Origin: Verrucomicrobiota bacterium
GTDB lineage: Bacteria > Verrucomicrobiota > Kiritimatiellia > UBA8416 > JABMPJ01
Assembly: GCA_018648805.1 (NCBI GenBank)
Contig: JABGQM010000013.1
Coordinates: 20,067-84,066, forward strand
Length of the DNA stretch: 64,000 bases
Direction: 5' to 3'
The notes under the pieces are model-generated. The model did no database searches, was not told where the DNA came from, and saw nothing but the letters and a program-made list of their open reading frames with translations. Position numbers and translations under genes: made by a program. Positions 26,461 to 35,627 of the stretch are shown here, one piece after another. The stretch's first letter is position 1; every line of letters starts with the position of its first letter.

Positions 26461-29400
26461 TGCGCCAACCTTTCGTAATAATCCTTGAGGACGCCACGAT
26501 ACTCCAATGGCAGCTCACGGGCAAAGTTCTCATTGAGGGCGGCGCGGTCGCGACGGCCCAGCACCTGCCACTCCTGCTTGCCGCCTTTGACCTTACGGCC
26601 ACTCACCGAGCCCGGGGCAAACATGTCAAAACTGTCTGCGGTGGAAATGTCGTAGGATGGCGCTGGATCCGCCGGGGGAGGAGGACCGGGCACGGTCATG
26701 AACATGAGGACGTTGTCGATGTAGAATGCCCGCATGGCTTCGGCGGCCTGACGCTGGGCTGCAATGGCCTCCTTGACCTTGCCGCCCCTGAGTCTTGCCG
26801 CAGCCTGCTGCATCTGCTTGTGCGCAGCGGTGAGCCGGCTGCTTGACTGAGCAAAGAACGCCCCAGCCGCCTTCTGCTCGGCCGCCAGCGCCGCAACCAG
26901 TGGCGTTGCCGGGTTGCGCAAACGTGCGTAGCTCGCCTTCAGGGCCGCTTTCTTCTGGGCTGAAATCTGGGTCCCCAGTCCGGCATAGCGGTTGATGAAC
27001 TGCTCGCACTGTTTGGCTAACTTCTCCTGCTCGGCGGCGAGCGCAGCCGCCCCCTTCGGCGACGCCATATGGGTGGTGCGATACAGCAGCGTGTGGTGGG
27101 TGGCCAGCGACGTAAAGTCGACCATGAAGGAGAACTCCGGGGGGATCTGAGGTGCAATCGGCGGCGCCAGTACCATGACGAGGAGTTGGTTCAGCCTCAG
27201 CAGCTCAGCATTGGCTCCCGCCAGGGCCTCGACAGCCAGATTCATCTGCTCAGCGGCACCGGCGGCATCCCCGGCCTCCAGCGGTTTGAGAGCCGACTCC
27301 ATCAAGGTAATGTTCTCGGAGAACTGATCCATGCCCGTTACCTCAACCAGCAGGTCGGTATTGGCTCTGGACCGCTCCAGCAGCGTCTTCTGCCGTGCAG
27401 CCAGTGCGGGTAGCGCCGCCTTATCGGGTGCTGCCGCGCAGGTCGCGCTCAATTGCCTCTGCAGAGCCTGTACGTTAATGCCCTCAGCGAGGCGTTCATG
27501 ACTGAACTCCACCAACTCCATCACATAAGTGTACTGGGGAGCGAGGGCATCCAGCTGGTCGAGAATCTCCTGCATCGATTTCGCGACGAAACTACCGGCA
27601 TCCAAGGCCTCTTCATGATCCTTCGCTTCCAGCGCGATGGCGGCGGCCCCCATATCATCCTTGGCAAAGAGCATGACGCTGCCGGTCTCAATATGATGCG
27701 AGAACGGATCGAGATAGCCCAGAACGGCATTGACGGCATGCACCAGATTCTTCTGCCCCATGGCCATGGCTGGCAGGTCGTCGTCTTTGGCCGCCTCGGC
27801 GGCCTTGACCATATCAAGCTGCTCGGACTGGATATCACGCATGAGTGGACCGGGCCCCTGAATCACGCGGTCCATCGAGAGGGCTGCCGAGAAGGAACCG
27901 ACATCTTCGCTCTGGCTGGTCAGCAACGCGACCATCTCCTCGAACATCTCGGCGGCGACTTCCTGCTGTTCAACGGCCTCACCCAGCTGCTTGTCGCCGA
28001 TCTCGCGGGCAGACTGCTGGAGCGCGCGAACGGTTCCCTCAACATAGGCGAGCAGCGGCTCGCTTCCCGCCTTGGATGTCCCCATGCTCTCATCCTTCTT
28101 GACGATGCCCTGCTTGAAGCCCTCTGCGTCCTTTGCCAGGCGTTCCAGAAGCGGAATGATAAAGGCGCTGTCGCTCTCATAGGCCTCGGCGTCCTCGGTC
28201 TTTTCGAGGATGCTGGAAAGCTGTTCGGTGAAGATAGCGATCTTGGAAATACGCGATCCAGCGGCCGCAGCCGTGGCACCGATGCGCTGCGCCTCAGACA
28301 GCTGCCCCAGTCGCTCGTGGGTGAGCGCCGCCAACGTGGTGAAGGTCTTCTCGGCCTTGACCAGTTCGGCCATTGCCTTCTCCCGGTCGCTCGCCTCGAT
28401 CGCCTGGGCAATACTGCCCTGTAGCCGTACCGACTCCGCGAGCAATCGCTCCGTCTCCGGTTTCGGCGGTGGGGTCGCATCCAGCAGGCGGTAACGCGGG
28501 GCGGGCATGGCGGGCATCAGCAAGAGAGCCAGCCGCTTGGAGAGGAGCTGCTGCACCCCCTTGACATCTGCCTGGCGCGTCTTGAACTCCGCATCGCTCA
28601 TCTCGTCGACGGCCTCACGCAGCTCCTTCTGGGCCGCGGCCTGCTCGAGAAGTAGGCCCTCAGCTTTGGCCAAGGCGGCGTGTTCCAGTCCGCGGCGTAG
28701 CCTGAATTCAGCTTTCAGCAGGTCCTTGATTACCTCAGCCTGAAGCGCGGCGGTCGTCTCAGAAGCGGCTTGCCCCATCGACTCAGCAGCCTTGCGCATG
28801 GTGTCGGCCGTGGCGGCACGGGTCAGCTCCTTGCCCAGTCGTGACAGTTTGAAGGCCACCAGGGCATCCTCGACCGTGCTTTCGCGATCCCGTGGAACTG
28901 AGGCCAACAGACGGAGGATCCAGTCAGCCAGCTCGCGTTGCCGCGCGTCCAAATCCTGAAGTTCCGCTTGCGCCGCCTTGCCGGCGACGATCGTTCGCCA
29001 CCTGATCGTGGCCTGATCCTCGCAAATCGTGTAGATCTCCCGCGCCATCACCTCGGTCGCTTCCTTGAAGCCAAGCTGTAGCACCATGACACCCAGCTCA
29101 CGGGCCGCGAAGTTGACCGCATCGACGGCGTCGGTCGTATCGGCCGTTCTCGAGACGTCGGTCGCAGCTGTGCTCAGCGCCTTCAGCTTTGATGAGACCA
29201 CCTTGATGTGATCATCGGCAATACGCTGCATGTCCGCCTGTAGACGGATCAGCTCGCCGGTATAGAGTGCTTCAGTGAAGCTGTTGGCCGCCAGATCGTC
29301 AACCAGGGCTGCCATGCGCTGCTTGATCTCCAGCAGACGATCCCGGATCAACTCCTGACGCACCACTTCCAGCTGACACGTCTGAATGAAGCTGTCCGAA

Positions 29401-31010
29401 CCGGGTTCAAACTCCTTGACCAGCAGATGAACCCCACGCTCCTCGCGGTAGATGTTCTTAACCATCGTCAGGAGGCGGAGCTTCTGTCTGTACATCCGCG
29501 TCAGGTAGTCGTTCTTGGAGAGAATGGAAAGGCGGCGCGCCTGTGTGCGTACGCGGTGCGGTCCCTCTTCGCCCGGGTAGCGGTCGGCCATCTCGACGAC
29601 GAAGGTGACGCTGTCGCCAACAACCAGATTGGTCAGGGCCGTGCGATAGTCCCAGTCGATCTCCACTTCGCCCAGCTGGTCGGGCGCGGGCGCAGGGATC
29701 GTGACGCTCTTCTCTTCGACCTTGTTGACCCGATACCGGATAGAGGCGTCCCCGATGCCGTGGTCATCCCGGGCGCGGTAGGTCAGACCCACTTCGCGGC
29801 CTAGTGTGGCAAAGATGTTCTTCTCGGGTTGGGTCAGTTCTACCTGTGGCTCTTCGTCCGGTCTCACCTGTAGATAGCTGCTCGGGCTGGTGAAGTCATA
29901 GCCCTTGCTCTTTTCGGTCCAGGAGAAGCTATAGGCGTGGGAGCTGGTGGCCACTTCTTCCATGGAAACCAGCCAGCCATCATCCAGGAGCGTCAGGGCA
30001 CGCGGCTCGCCGTCAGACGTGCTGACCGTGGCATCACTGACCGCGCGATCCAGCTGGAGCACCCACTTCAGGGACGTCCCTTCAGGGACGGTCAGCGTCA
30101 ACGCATCGATCGTTTCGGTGGCTCGCCGGGTATACTCGGGGTAGGTGAGCGTGACATCGGCGTGCTTGATACGCGGGGCGGCAATGACGGTGACCGTCTG
30201 CCAACCCGTGCGGTCGTCACCGGCAACAAGCCGGTACGCGAAGCTCTGGTGCGCCGAACTGATCTCGTATTCGAAAGCCCCCTCCTCAATCGCAACCTTA
30301 CGCTTGAAGGGCTTGCCGGATGCGGGGCGCAGTGTGATGTCAGCCTCTTTGGGGATCACGCCGGAAATCGCGGCCTGCAGCAGGGCCCGTTCCCCCTCCT
30401 TGACGACCAGGTCGTTGGTCTTCAGTTCGATGGTGGTGCGCGTCGGGTATTTTCCCGATCCCCAGGGGGGGAGCAGTCGCGTCAGGCCGACCTCGAGGAA
30501 CTCGGGACCCACCAGAGCGAACATCCCCACAAAGAGCGAGGCGGCAAGCAGCCATATGACGGGACGCTTCAGCCCGGCGTAGGTGACGACGTGCTTCTTC
30601 CCCAGCAAGGCTACCTCATCTTCGGCCCGCTGACAGGTATGCGCCGTCAGCTTCTCGGCTACACCACTCTCGCCCGCACTGCCGTCAAGCTGCACCGCCG
30701 TAACCAGCAGACTCTCGCGGCCACCGACACTCTCTTCGACTTGGAGCGCTATGTTGCGGGCATTGAAGAGACGCAGGTGCTTCCAGCCCCCACGCCAGGC
30801 CATCACCAACGCCCCGACAAGCATCATGGCAAAGAGAACCACGCGGCCGATCGCCGGCATGAAGGTCAGCCAGTCGATGAGCATTCCCGCGAGGAACAGC
30901 ATGACGCCCCAGACGATAAAGGCCAGCGCACCAGAGGTCCAACTGAGCGCCTGCTTCTTCTGCCAGACACCGTGAATATAGGCAGTGAGTTTTGAGTGTT
31001 GAGTAGCCAT
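26457..31010 (-). CDS. Giant (1517 aa) membrane-anchored coiled-coil protein of the Bat-like operon (DUF4175-like architecture)
   Basis: Two N-terminal TM helices (ALAFIVWGVMLFLAGMLIDWL, VVLFAMMLVGALVMAW), then more than 1200 aa of predicted helical/coiled-coil sequence. Stop and start are coupled with both flanking genes. Confidence 0.5.
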   Translation of the reverse strand: MATQHSKLTAYIHGVWQKKQALSWTSGALAFIVWGVMLFLAGMLIDWLTFMPAIGRVVLFAMMLVGALVMAWRGGWKHLRLFNARNIALQVEESVGGRESLLVTAVQLDGSAGESGVAEKLTAHTCQRAEDEVALLGKKHVVTYAGLKRPVIWLLAASLFVGMFALVGPEFLEVGLTRLLPPWGSGKYPTRTTIELKTNDLVVKEGERALLQAAISGVIPKEADITLRPASGKPFKRKVAIEEGAFEYEISSAHQSFAYRLVAGDDRTGWQTVTVIAAPRIKHADVTLTYPEYTRRATETIDALTLTVPEGTSLKWVLQLDRAVSDATVSTSDGEPRALTLLDDGWLVSMEEVATSSHAYSFSWTEKSKGYDFTSPSSYLQVRPDEEPQVELTQPEKNIFATLGREVGLTYRARDDHGIGDASIRYRVNKVEEKSVTIPAPAPDQLGEVEIDWDYRTALTNLVVGDSVTFVVEMADRYPGEEGPHRVRTQARRLSILSKNDYLTRMYRQKLRLLTMVKNIYREERGVHLLVKEFEPGSDSFIQTCQLEVVRQELIRDRLLEIKQRMAALVDDLAANSFTEALYTGELIRLQADMQRIADDHIKVVSSKLKALSTAATDVSRTADTTDAVDAVNFAARELGVMVLQLGFKEATEVMAREIYTICEDQATIRWRTIVAGKAAQAELQDLDARQRELADWILRLLASVPRDRESTVEDALVAFKLSRLGKELTRAATADTMRKAAESMGQAASETTAALQAEVIKDLLKAEFRLRRGLEHAALAKAEGLLLEQAAAQKELREAVDEMSDAEFKTRQADVKGVQQLLSKRLALLLMPAMPAPRYRLLDATPPPKPETERLLAESVRLQGSIAQAIEASDREKAMAELVKAEKTFTTLAALTHERLGQLSEAQRIGATAAAAGSRISKIAIFTEQLSSILEKTEDAEAYESDSAFIIPLLERLAKDAEGFKQGIVKKDESMGTSKAGSEPLLAYVEGTVRALQQSAREIGDKQLGEAVEQQEVAAEMFEEMVALLTSQSEDVGSFSAALSMDRVIQGPGPLMRDIQSEQLDMVKAAEAAKDDDLPAMAMGQKNLVHAVNAVLGYLDPFSHHIETGSVMLFAKDDMGAAAIALEAKDHEEALDAGSFVAKSMQEILDQLDALAPQYTYVMELVEFSHERLAEGINVQALQRQLSATCAAAPDKAALPALAARQKTLLERSRANTDLLVEVTGMDQFSENITLMESALKPLEAGDAAGAAEQMNLAVEALAGANAELLRLNQLLVMVLAPPIAPQIPPEFSFMVDFTSLATHHTLLYRTTHMASPKGAAALAAEQEKLAKQCEQFINRYAGLGTQISAQKKAALKASYARLRNPATPLVAALAAEQKAAGAFFAQSSSRLTAAHKQMQQAAARLRGGKVKEAIAAQRQAAEAMRAFYIDNVLMFMTVPGPPPPADPAPSYDISTADSFDMFAPGSVSGRKVKGGKQEWQVLGRRDRAALNENFARELPLEYRGVLKDYYERLAQ

Positions 31011-33397
31011 TAGGGTAAGTCATACCTCCTGCGCAAGATCCATTCAAACCCCATCAGGGCGATCAAGAGAAGAGCCAGCCAGCCATTCCGCCAAAGGGAA
31101 TGATCGGTAACGGTGGTCGCCGTATGTGGCGTGCGGTCAACGATGGTGGCGAGCTTGTTGAACTCGGAAAGAGAGAGGCACTCGCCGCCGGAGATGTCGG
31201 CAATGCGTTGCAGCGTCTCCAGCTGCATATCGGTATTGGCCATCTCGGGGTTGAGATCGGTCACCTGAAACTCGGAGGTGTTTGAGTAGTCAGCATCATC
31301 CGCGTTGGAGCGCACCTGGTAGCGTCCGGCAGTGGCAGGATTGAAGTAGCCCTCGAAGAGGCCCGGCTTGGTCACATTCGGCACCAGCCGCAATGAGCTG
31401 ATCGCCCCGGCAGCATCATCGAGTGAGGTGACCTCAACCCGGAAACCGGAGCGGTTCTCGGGGTTGTAGCTGTCATCAAGCACATTGGCGTAGAGCAGGA
31501 CGCGTTCCCCCTCCTGATAGGTCGAGCGGTCGGTCTCCAGACGGATGCGCTTATGTTCACCCATCAGGCGGGAAAGCGTCAGGAACTGCAGGCTCTGGGA
31601 CCACACCCGCCAGTGGTATTTATCGCCCATCTTGAACCGCAGCATCCAGAGACGGTCGGAGGCGATCGCCATGCATTTACCGGCCCCGTAGCGCTGCCAC
31701 GTCACAAAGGGATAGGCCTCGTTGCGCGCCGAGGTGTCGGAAAGTGACGCCAGTACCGTGGCACCGGGTTTGGGCACCCCCAGGGGAGGGAGATGATGCA
31801 GAGGGGCCACCCGGCTCCAAATGCGGTCATTCTTCTCCCTGTCGGTTTCCAGTGTCATCACCAGACTGCTGCGCCCCTCGGGGGTGAGCACGGGGTAGAC
31901 ACTATCATCGACATCCTCCCACTCGCCTTCCGGTTCGAAGGCCACGGGCAGCATCTTCTCGACGACGGTGCCACCATAACTGGTTGGCGTGAAGCGCGAG
32001 CCGCAGAGCACCAGCAGGGAGCCCCCGCGATCGCGGATCAGTTCCTCGAGGATCGAGAGCTCTTCAGTCGTAAAGAACTCCGCATCCACATCGCCCAGAA
32101 TCACCAGATCGTACTCGAACGCCTCTTCGCGCAGCTCCGGAAAACGAGGAATGTATTCAGCTGAGCTCTTGGCCACATCCGGCTTGGCCCGGGTGGCGAT
32201 AAAGGTGGTGTCGAAGCGGGGGTCGCGTTTGAGCATAGCCCTGAGGTAGCGGTATTCCCAGCGGGCGCTTCCTTCGATGCAGAGGATGTTGATCTTCTCA
32301 TTGACCACACTGACGCTGCGCTCGGCGCGGTTGTTCTCAGCGGTGGCCTCATCCTTGAAGGGCTCAATCACGACGCCCACCTTCGCCGCCGCCTTTTCGT
32401 AGATATCGACGTGGAAGAAGATATCCTCGAACTGCAGACCGCCCTTGAGGGAGATGCTTTTGCGCGAGACGACTCGACCATTGAGCTCCACCTTGAGCGT
32501 GGCGAGTCGCTTCTCATAGCCCTTGGACTTGATCTGCGCCCGCACGGGGACCTTGTCGCCGGAGAAAGCCACCTCCTGGATCACGACCGTGCGAATGGAG
32601 ACGTCATCAGGATCCGCAATGCCCACTGGAACCGGATAGATCGGAACGCCATGCTCACCCAGATCACTGATGGCTGCCTCCGACCGGCGCAGCGAGGTGT
32701 CGAGACCATCGGAGAGCAGCACAATACCGGCCAACGGCAAGCCGCGCCCGGTGCCCGCCAGTCGCGAGAGCGATTCAGCGAGCGTCGTGCTGGTTTCAAC
32801 CGCCTTCAAGGAGGCCAGTGAGTTGGTTCCACCGATCTGACCGTGCTTGAGCATCTTGAGCGACGAGCCGAAGGCGTAGTAGTTGACATCCAGGTCGTTA
32901 CCCAGATCCTGAAGTGTGGCGGCACCTCTGCCCTCCAATAGGCTCTTCGCCAGATCGAGCCTCGATGCCTCGGCAATGTTGCGCCGCTGCTTGCCACCCA
33001 ACGCCCTCACCGCGACTTGGGCGTTGGCTTCATTCGTAGCGGGGGCATACCCCATGGCCGTCGCCGCTTCCATGATATCGGTGTCACGCTTGCGCTGATC
33101 CTGGATAGACATGCTTTGCGAGACGTCGACCATGACCGAGAGACGCTTCTTCGTGGTCCGCTTACGATTCACCGTGAGCGTCGGCTCAAAGAGCGCCGTG
33201 ACCAGGATGCACAGCATGGCAAAGCGCGATGCGCCCAGCAGGATGCGGATCCCAAGCGGCATGCCCGGCGCGCGGCGGTAGAGCGCCAGGGTCAAGAGCA
33301 GGGCCCCGAGCAGGGCCAGGATGAGCACGCTGCTCGACACAGGGCGTGCCCACAAAAGGGATTCGACCTGACTGTTCCCAGTTATCCAGTCCAACAT
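31010..33397 (-). CDS. Membrane-anchored von Willebrand factor A (vWA) domain protein with a GATase1/ThuA-like middle domain
   Basis: N-terminal TM helices. vWA MIDAS block LSVMVDVSQSMS (DxSxS). Middle block INILCIEGSARWEYRYL...YDLVILGDVDAEF...LLVLCG. C-terminal TM WLALLLIALMGFEWIL. Confidence 0.6.
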   Translation of the reverse strand: MLDWITGNSQVESLLWARPVSSSVLILALLGALLLTLALYRRAPGMPLGIRILLGASRFAMLCILVTALFEPTLTVNRKRTTKKRLSVMVDVSQSMSIQDQRKRDTDIMEAATAMGYAPATNEANAQVAVRALGGKQRRNIAEASRLDLAKSLLEGRGAATLQDLGNDLDVNYYAFGSSLKMLKHGQIGGTNSLASLKAVETSTTLAESLSRLAGTGRGLPLAGIVLLSDGLDTSLRRSEAAISDLGEHGVPIYPVPVGIADPDDVSIRTVVIQEVAFSGDKVPVRAQIKSKGYEKRLATLKVELNGRVVSRKSISLKGGLQFEDIFFHVDIYEKAAAKVGVVIEPFKDEATAENNRAERSVSVVNEKINILCIEGSARWEYRYLRAMLKRDPRFDTTFIATRAKPDVAKSSAEYIPRFPELREEAFEYDLVILGDVDAEFFTTEELSILEELIRDRGGSLLVLCGSRFTPTSYGGTVVEKMLPVAFEPEGEWEDVDDSVYPVLTPEGRSSLVMTLETDREKNDRIWSRVAPLHHLPPLGVPKPGATVLASLSDTSARNEAYPFVTWQRYGAGKCMAIASDRLWMLRFKMGDKYHWRVWSQSLQFLTLSRLMGEHKRIRLETDRSTYQEGERVLLYANVLDDSYNPENRSGFRVEVTSLDDAAGAISSLRLVPNVTKPGLFEGYFNPATAGRYQVRSNADDADYSNTSEFQVTDLNPEMANTDMQLETLQRIADISGGECLSLSEFNKLATIVDRTPHTATTVTDHSLWRNGWLALLLIALMGFEWILRRRYDLP

Positions 33398-33398
33398 G

Positions 33399-35570
33399 CT
33401 ACGCCTCCAATCGGGTTGATGAAGCTGCCGATTGGCGCGTTTGTCGCTTGGGCACTCGGCAGGCCAGCAAACTCTCCATCAATAGGATCCCGACACAAAT
33501 CATGGCGCAGAGGTGCCAGAACGAGCTGATGCCGCGCGACTCCTCGAGGTACGCCACAAGCGCCTCTCCGGGCTGGACAAGCTGAATGCCGGTGTTGGCG
33601 AAAACGCGCTGTTGTGCCTCCACCGAAAGCGACGTCACATTCGACTCGCGGGTATCGACGTTGACCGCAATGGGAACCGGGGCCGACTGCAGACTACCGC
33701 GGGCCTTGTAGTAGCCGACCTCTTTGGCATGGCCCAACAGGGCCCGATACTGATTGCGGTGTTCGTGGACCGGCACCGTGATCGACTCCCCGGAGGGCGT
33801 CTCGAAGACAGCCTCGGCCGCATCGGGCTGCCGGACATAGGAGAGACTCAATGAGCTGCCGACAACGCGGGGCTTTTCGAATTCCCGTGCGGTCAGGTAG
33901 GTAACCATCTGCTGCAGCAGCATGGGGAAGATCGGCGTAATCGCCATGGTGTTCCACGTGGGTTCGGCGGTACTGGTGAACATGAAAACCTGACCGCGAC
34001 CCAGCGAGTGCTCCAGCAACAGAGGAGAGCCACTCCCCGCAAGGGTCAAGAGCGTGGTGGCGGCCGGATGCGGGTCAACCCGCAGTCGTTTGAGGAATCG
34101 CGCTTCACTGAGCAGATCCTCGGACAGCGACAGCAGGGATGCGGAGACACTGTGCTCCGGGATTGTCGGGTTGAGCGGGCGCCCTACCCCCAGTGCATCC
34201 GCGGCTGACACCTGCTCTTCGATGACCGCAGGCAGCAGGGGCGAGCCCTCCTGCACGGAACGCTCATTCCAGGCCTCGCTCTTGGTGCTCTCCCCGGGGA
34301 ACCAGATGAGGCCATTGCCTTCACGAACAAAGGCATCGAAGCGCTTGGTTTGATCCTCGGTGATCGTAGGAACGTCAGCCAGAATCACCACATCGAATGC
34401 CGACAGATCCTGTGCCGGCAGCGCGACCCACGGAATCGAGGTGACGGAAAACTCCTTCTCGGCGACACCACCGTCACGGGCCTTGAGTGCCGAGGCAATG
34501 AAGCCTTTGAACGTGGTGCCCTTCTTGGCGCTACCTTCGACACTGAGGACCGACACCTTGTCGCGAATGATGGCCACGGTGCGGCGTACATTATCAATCT
34601 CCAGGCCATCACCACTGATCTTGGCCGCGATGCGGGCAGGCCCGGGGTTCTGGAAGGGAATGAAGAGGGAGATGGTGGTCGCCGCGCCGGGCGCAATCGT
34701 GGGAATGACCTTGGAGTCGACCGTGATGTTGTTGATCTGCCCGCTAACCTTGACGCCATCGACGGGAACCCGACCATAGTTGTGGACCGTGACGCTGTAG
34801 CGCGCGGTGGAACCTTTGCGCAGCACACCTGACACCAGCTCGAATCCGGTAATGGTCAGATTATCCTGCTCCCCGGTCACCGGCAGCATGAACACACTCG
34901 CGCTCTTGCCAAGGTCGACGAGGGCGTGCCGCAGGCGTTCGGCACCAAGCTCCCAGTCCTGCTTCTGTGCGTCGGAAATCAGATAGATCTCCTTCTGGGG
35001 TGCATCCAGCTCATCGACCAGCTCCTTGAGCTGGCGCGGGATGCTGTCGATGTCCAGTGCTTCCGGTGTAGCCTCCTGCTCCGCCAGAATCGCGGAGAAG
35101 CGCTCTGGATCATAGATCCGGTTGCGCAAGATGACCTTGTGCTCCGTGGCAAGCATCACGAGTGTGACGGGGTTGCCCGGTCCCACCTGCTCCATGACGG
35201 TCTCAACCCTCTGCACAGCACGATCGAAGCGACTCTTGCTGCCATCGCTGTGCCGCATACTGAACGAGGCATCCAGCGCCACAATCACGCCCGTCCGTGC
35301 TTCGCCAACCGCAGCCGCCTTGCCGGTAGCGTCGTTAAGGAGTGGCTGCGCCGCGACCAGCACCAGAAGCAGTACCGCGAGGCAACGCAGGATCAGCAGC
35401 AGGATGTCACGCAGACGAATCTCTTTGGACTTCACCCTGAGGGTGTTGTTGAGGAACTGCATGGCCGCCCACTCAGTAACCTGCGGCTTGTTGTTATTGA
35501 GAATGTGCGCAATAACCGGTAGCGCAATACCCAGAGCCCCAAGCAGAAACAGTGGTGCCATAAAACTCAT
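33399..35570 (-). CDS. BatA-like protein (BatA_N aerotolerance N-terminal domain plus vWA domain, membrane protein)
   Basis: N-terminus MSFMAPLFLLGALGIALPVIAHILNNNKPQVTEWAAMQFL matches the BatA N-terminal pattern. vWA MIDAS block GVIVALDASFSMR. C-terminal TM helix. Confidence 0.65.
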   Translation of the reverse strand: MSFMAPLFLLGALGIALPVIAHILNNNKPQVTEWAAMQFLNNTLRVKSKEIRLRDILLLILRCLAVLLLVLVAAQPLLNDATGKAAAVGEARTGVIVALDASFSMRHSDGSKSRFDRAVQRVETVMEQVGPGNPVTLVMLATEHKVILRNRIYDPERFSAILAEQEATPEALDIDSIPRQLKELVDELDAPQKEIYLISDAQKQDWELGAERLRHALVDLGKSASVFMLPVTGEQDNLTITGFELVSGVLRKGSTARYSVTVHNYGRVPVDGVKVSGQINNITVDSKVIPTIAPGAATTISLFIPFQNPGPARIAAKISGDGLEIDNVRRTVAIIRDKVSVLSVEGSAKKGTTFKGFIASALKARDGGVAEKEFSVTSIPWVALPAQDLSAFDVVILADVPTITEDQTKRFDAFVREGNGLIWFPGESTKSEAWNERSVQEGSPLLPAVIEEQVSAADALGVGRPLNPTIPEHSVSASLLSLSEDLLSEARFLKRLRVDPHPAATTLLTLAGSGSPLLLEHSLGRGQVFMFTSTAEPTWNTMAITPIFPMLLQQMVTYLTAREFEKPRVVGSSLSLSYVRQPDAAEAVFETPSGESITVPVHEHRNQYRALLGHAKEVGYYKARGSLQSAPVPIAVNVDTRESNVTSLSVEAQQRVFANTGIQLVQPGEALVAYLEESRGISSFWHLCAMICVGILLMESLLACRVPKRQTRQSAASSTRLEA

Positions 35571-35627
35571 TGAAAACCTTTCGCGCTACACGAACGGACC
35601 CGTCTTTCGGCAGCTGTCGGCAGCACT

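Noticed and set aside
26457-31010. Considered whether the 1517-aa coiled-coil protein is a secretion or tape-measure-like component of a novel machine
   Set aside because: No ATPase, secretin or other machinery motifs are visible by eye. The architecture (two N-terminal TM helices plus a long helical region) matches the large membrane protein commonly found in Bat-like operons, so the conservative call is kept.
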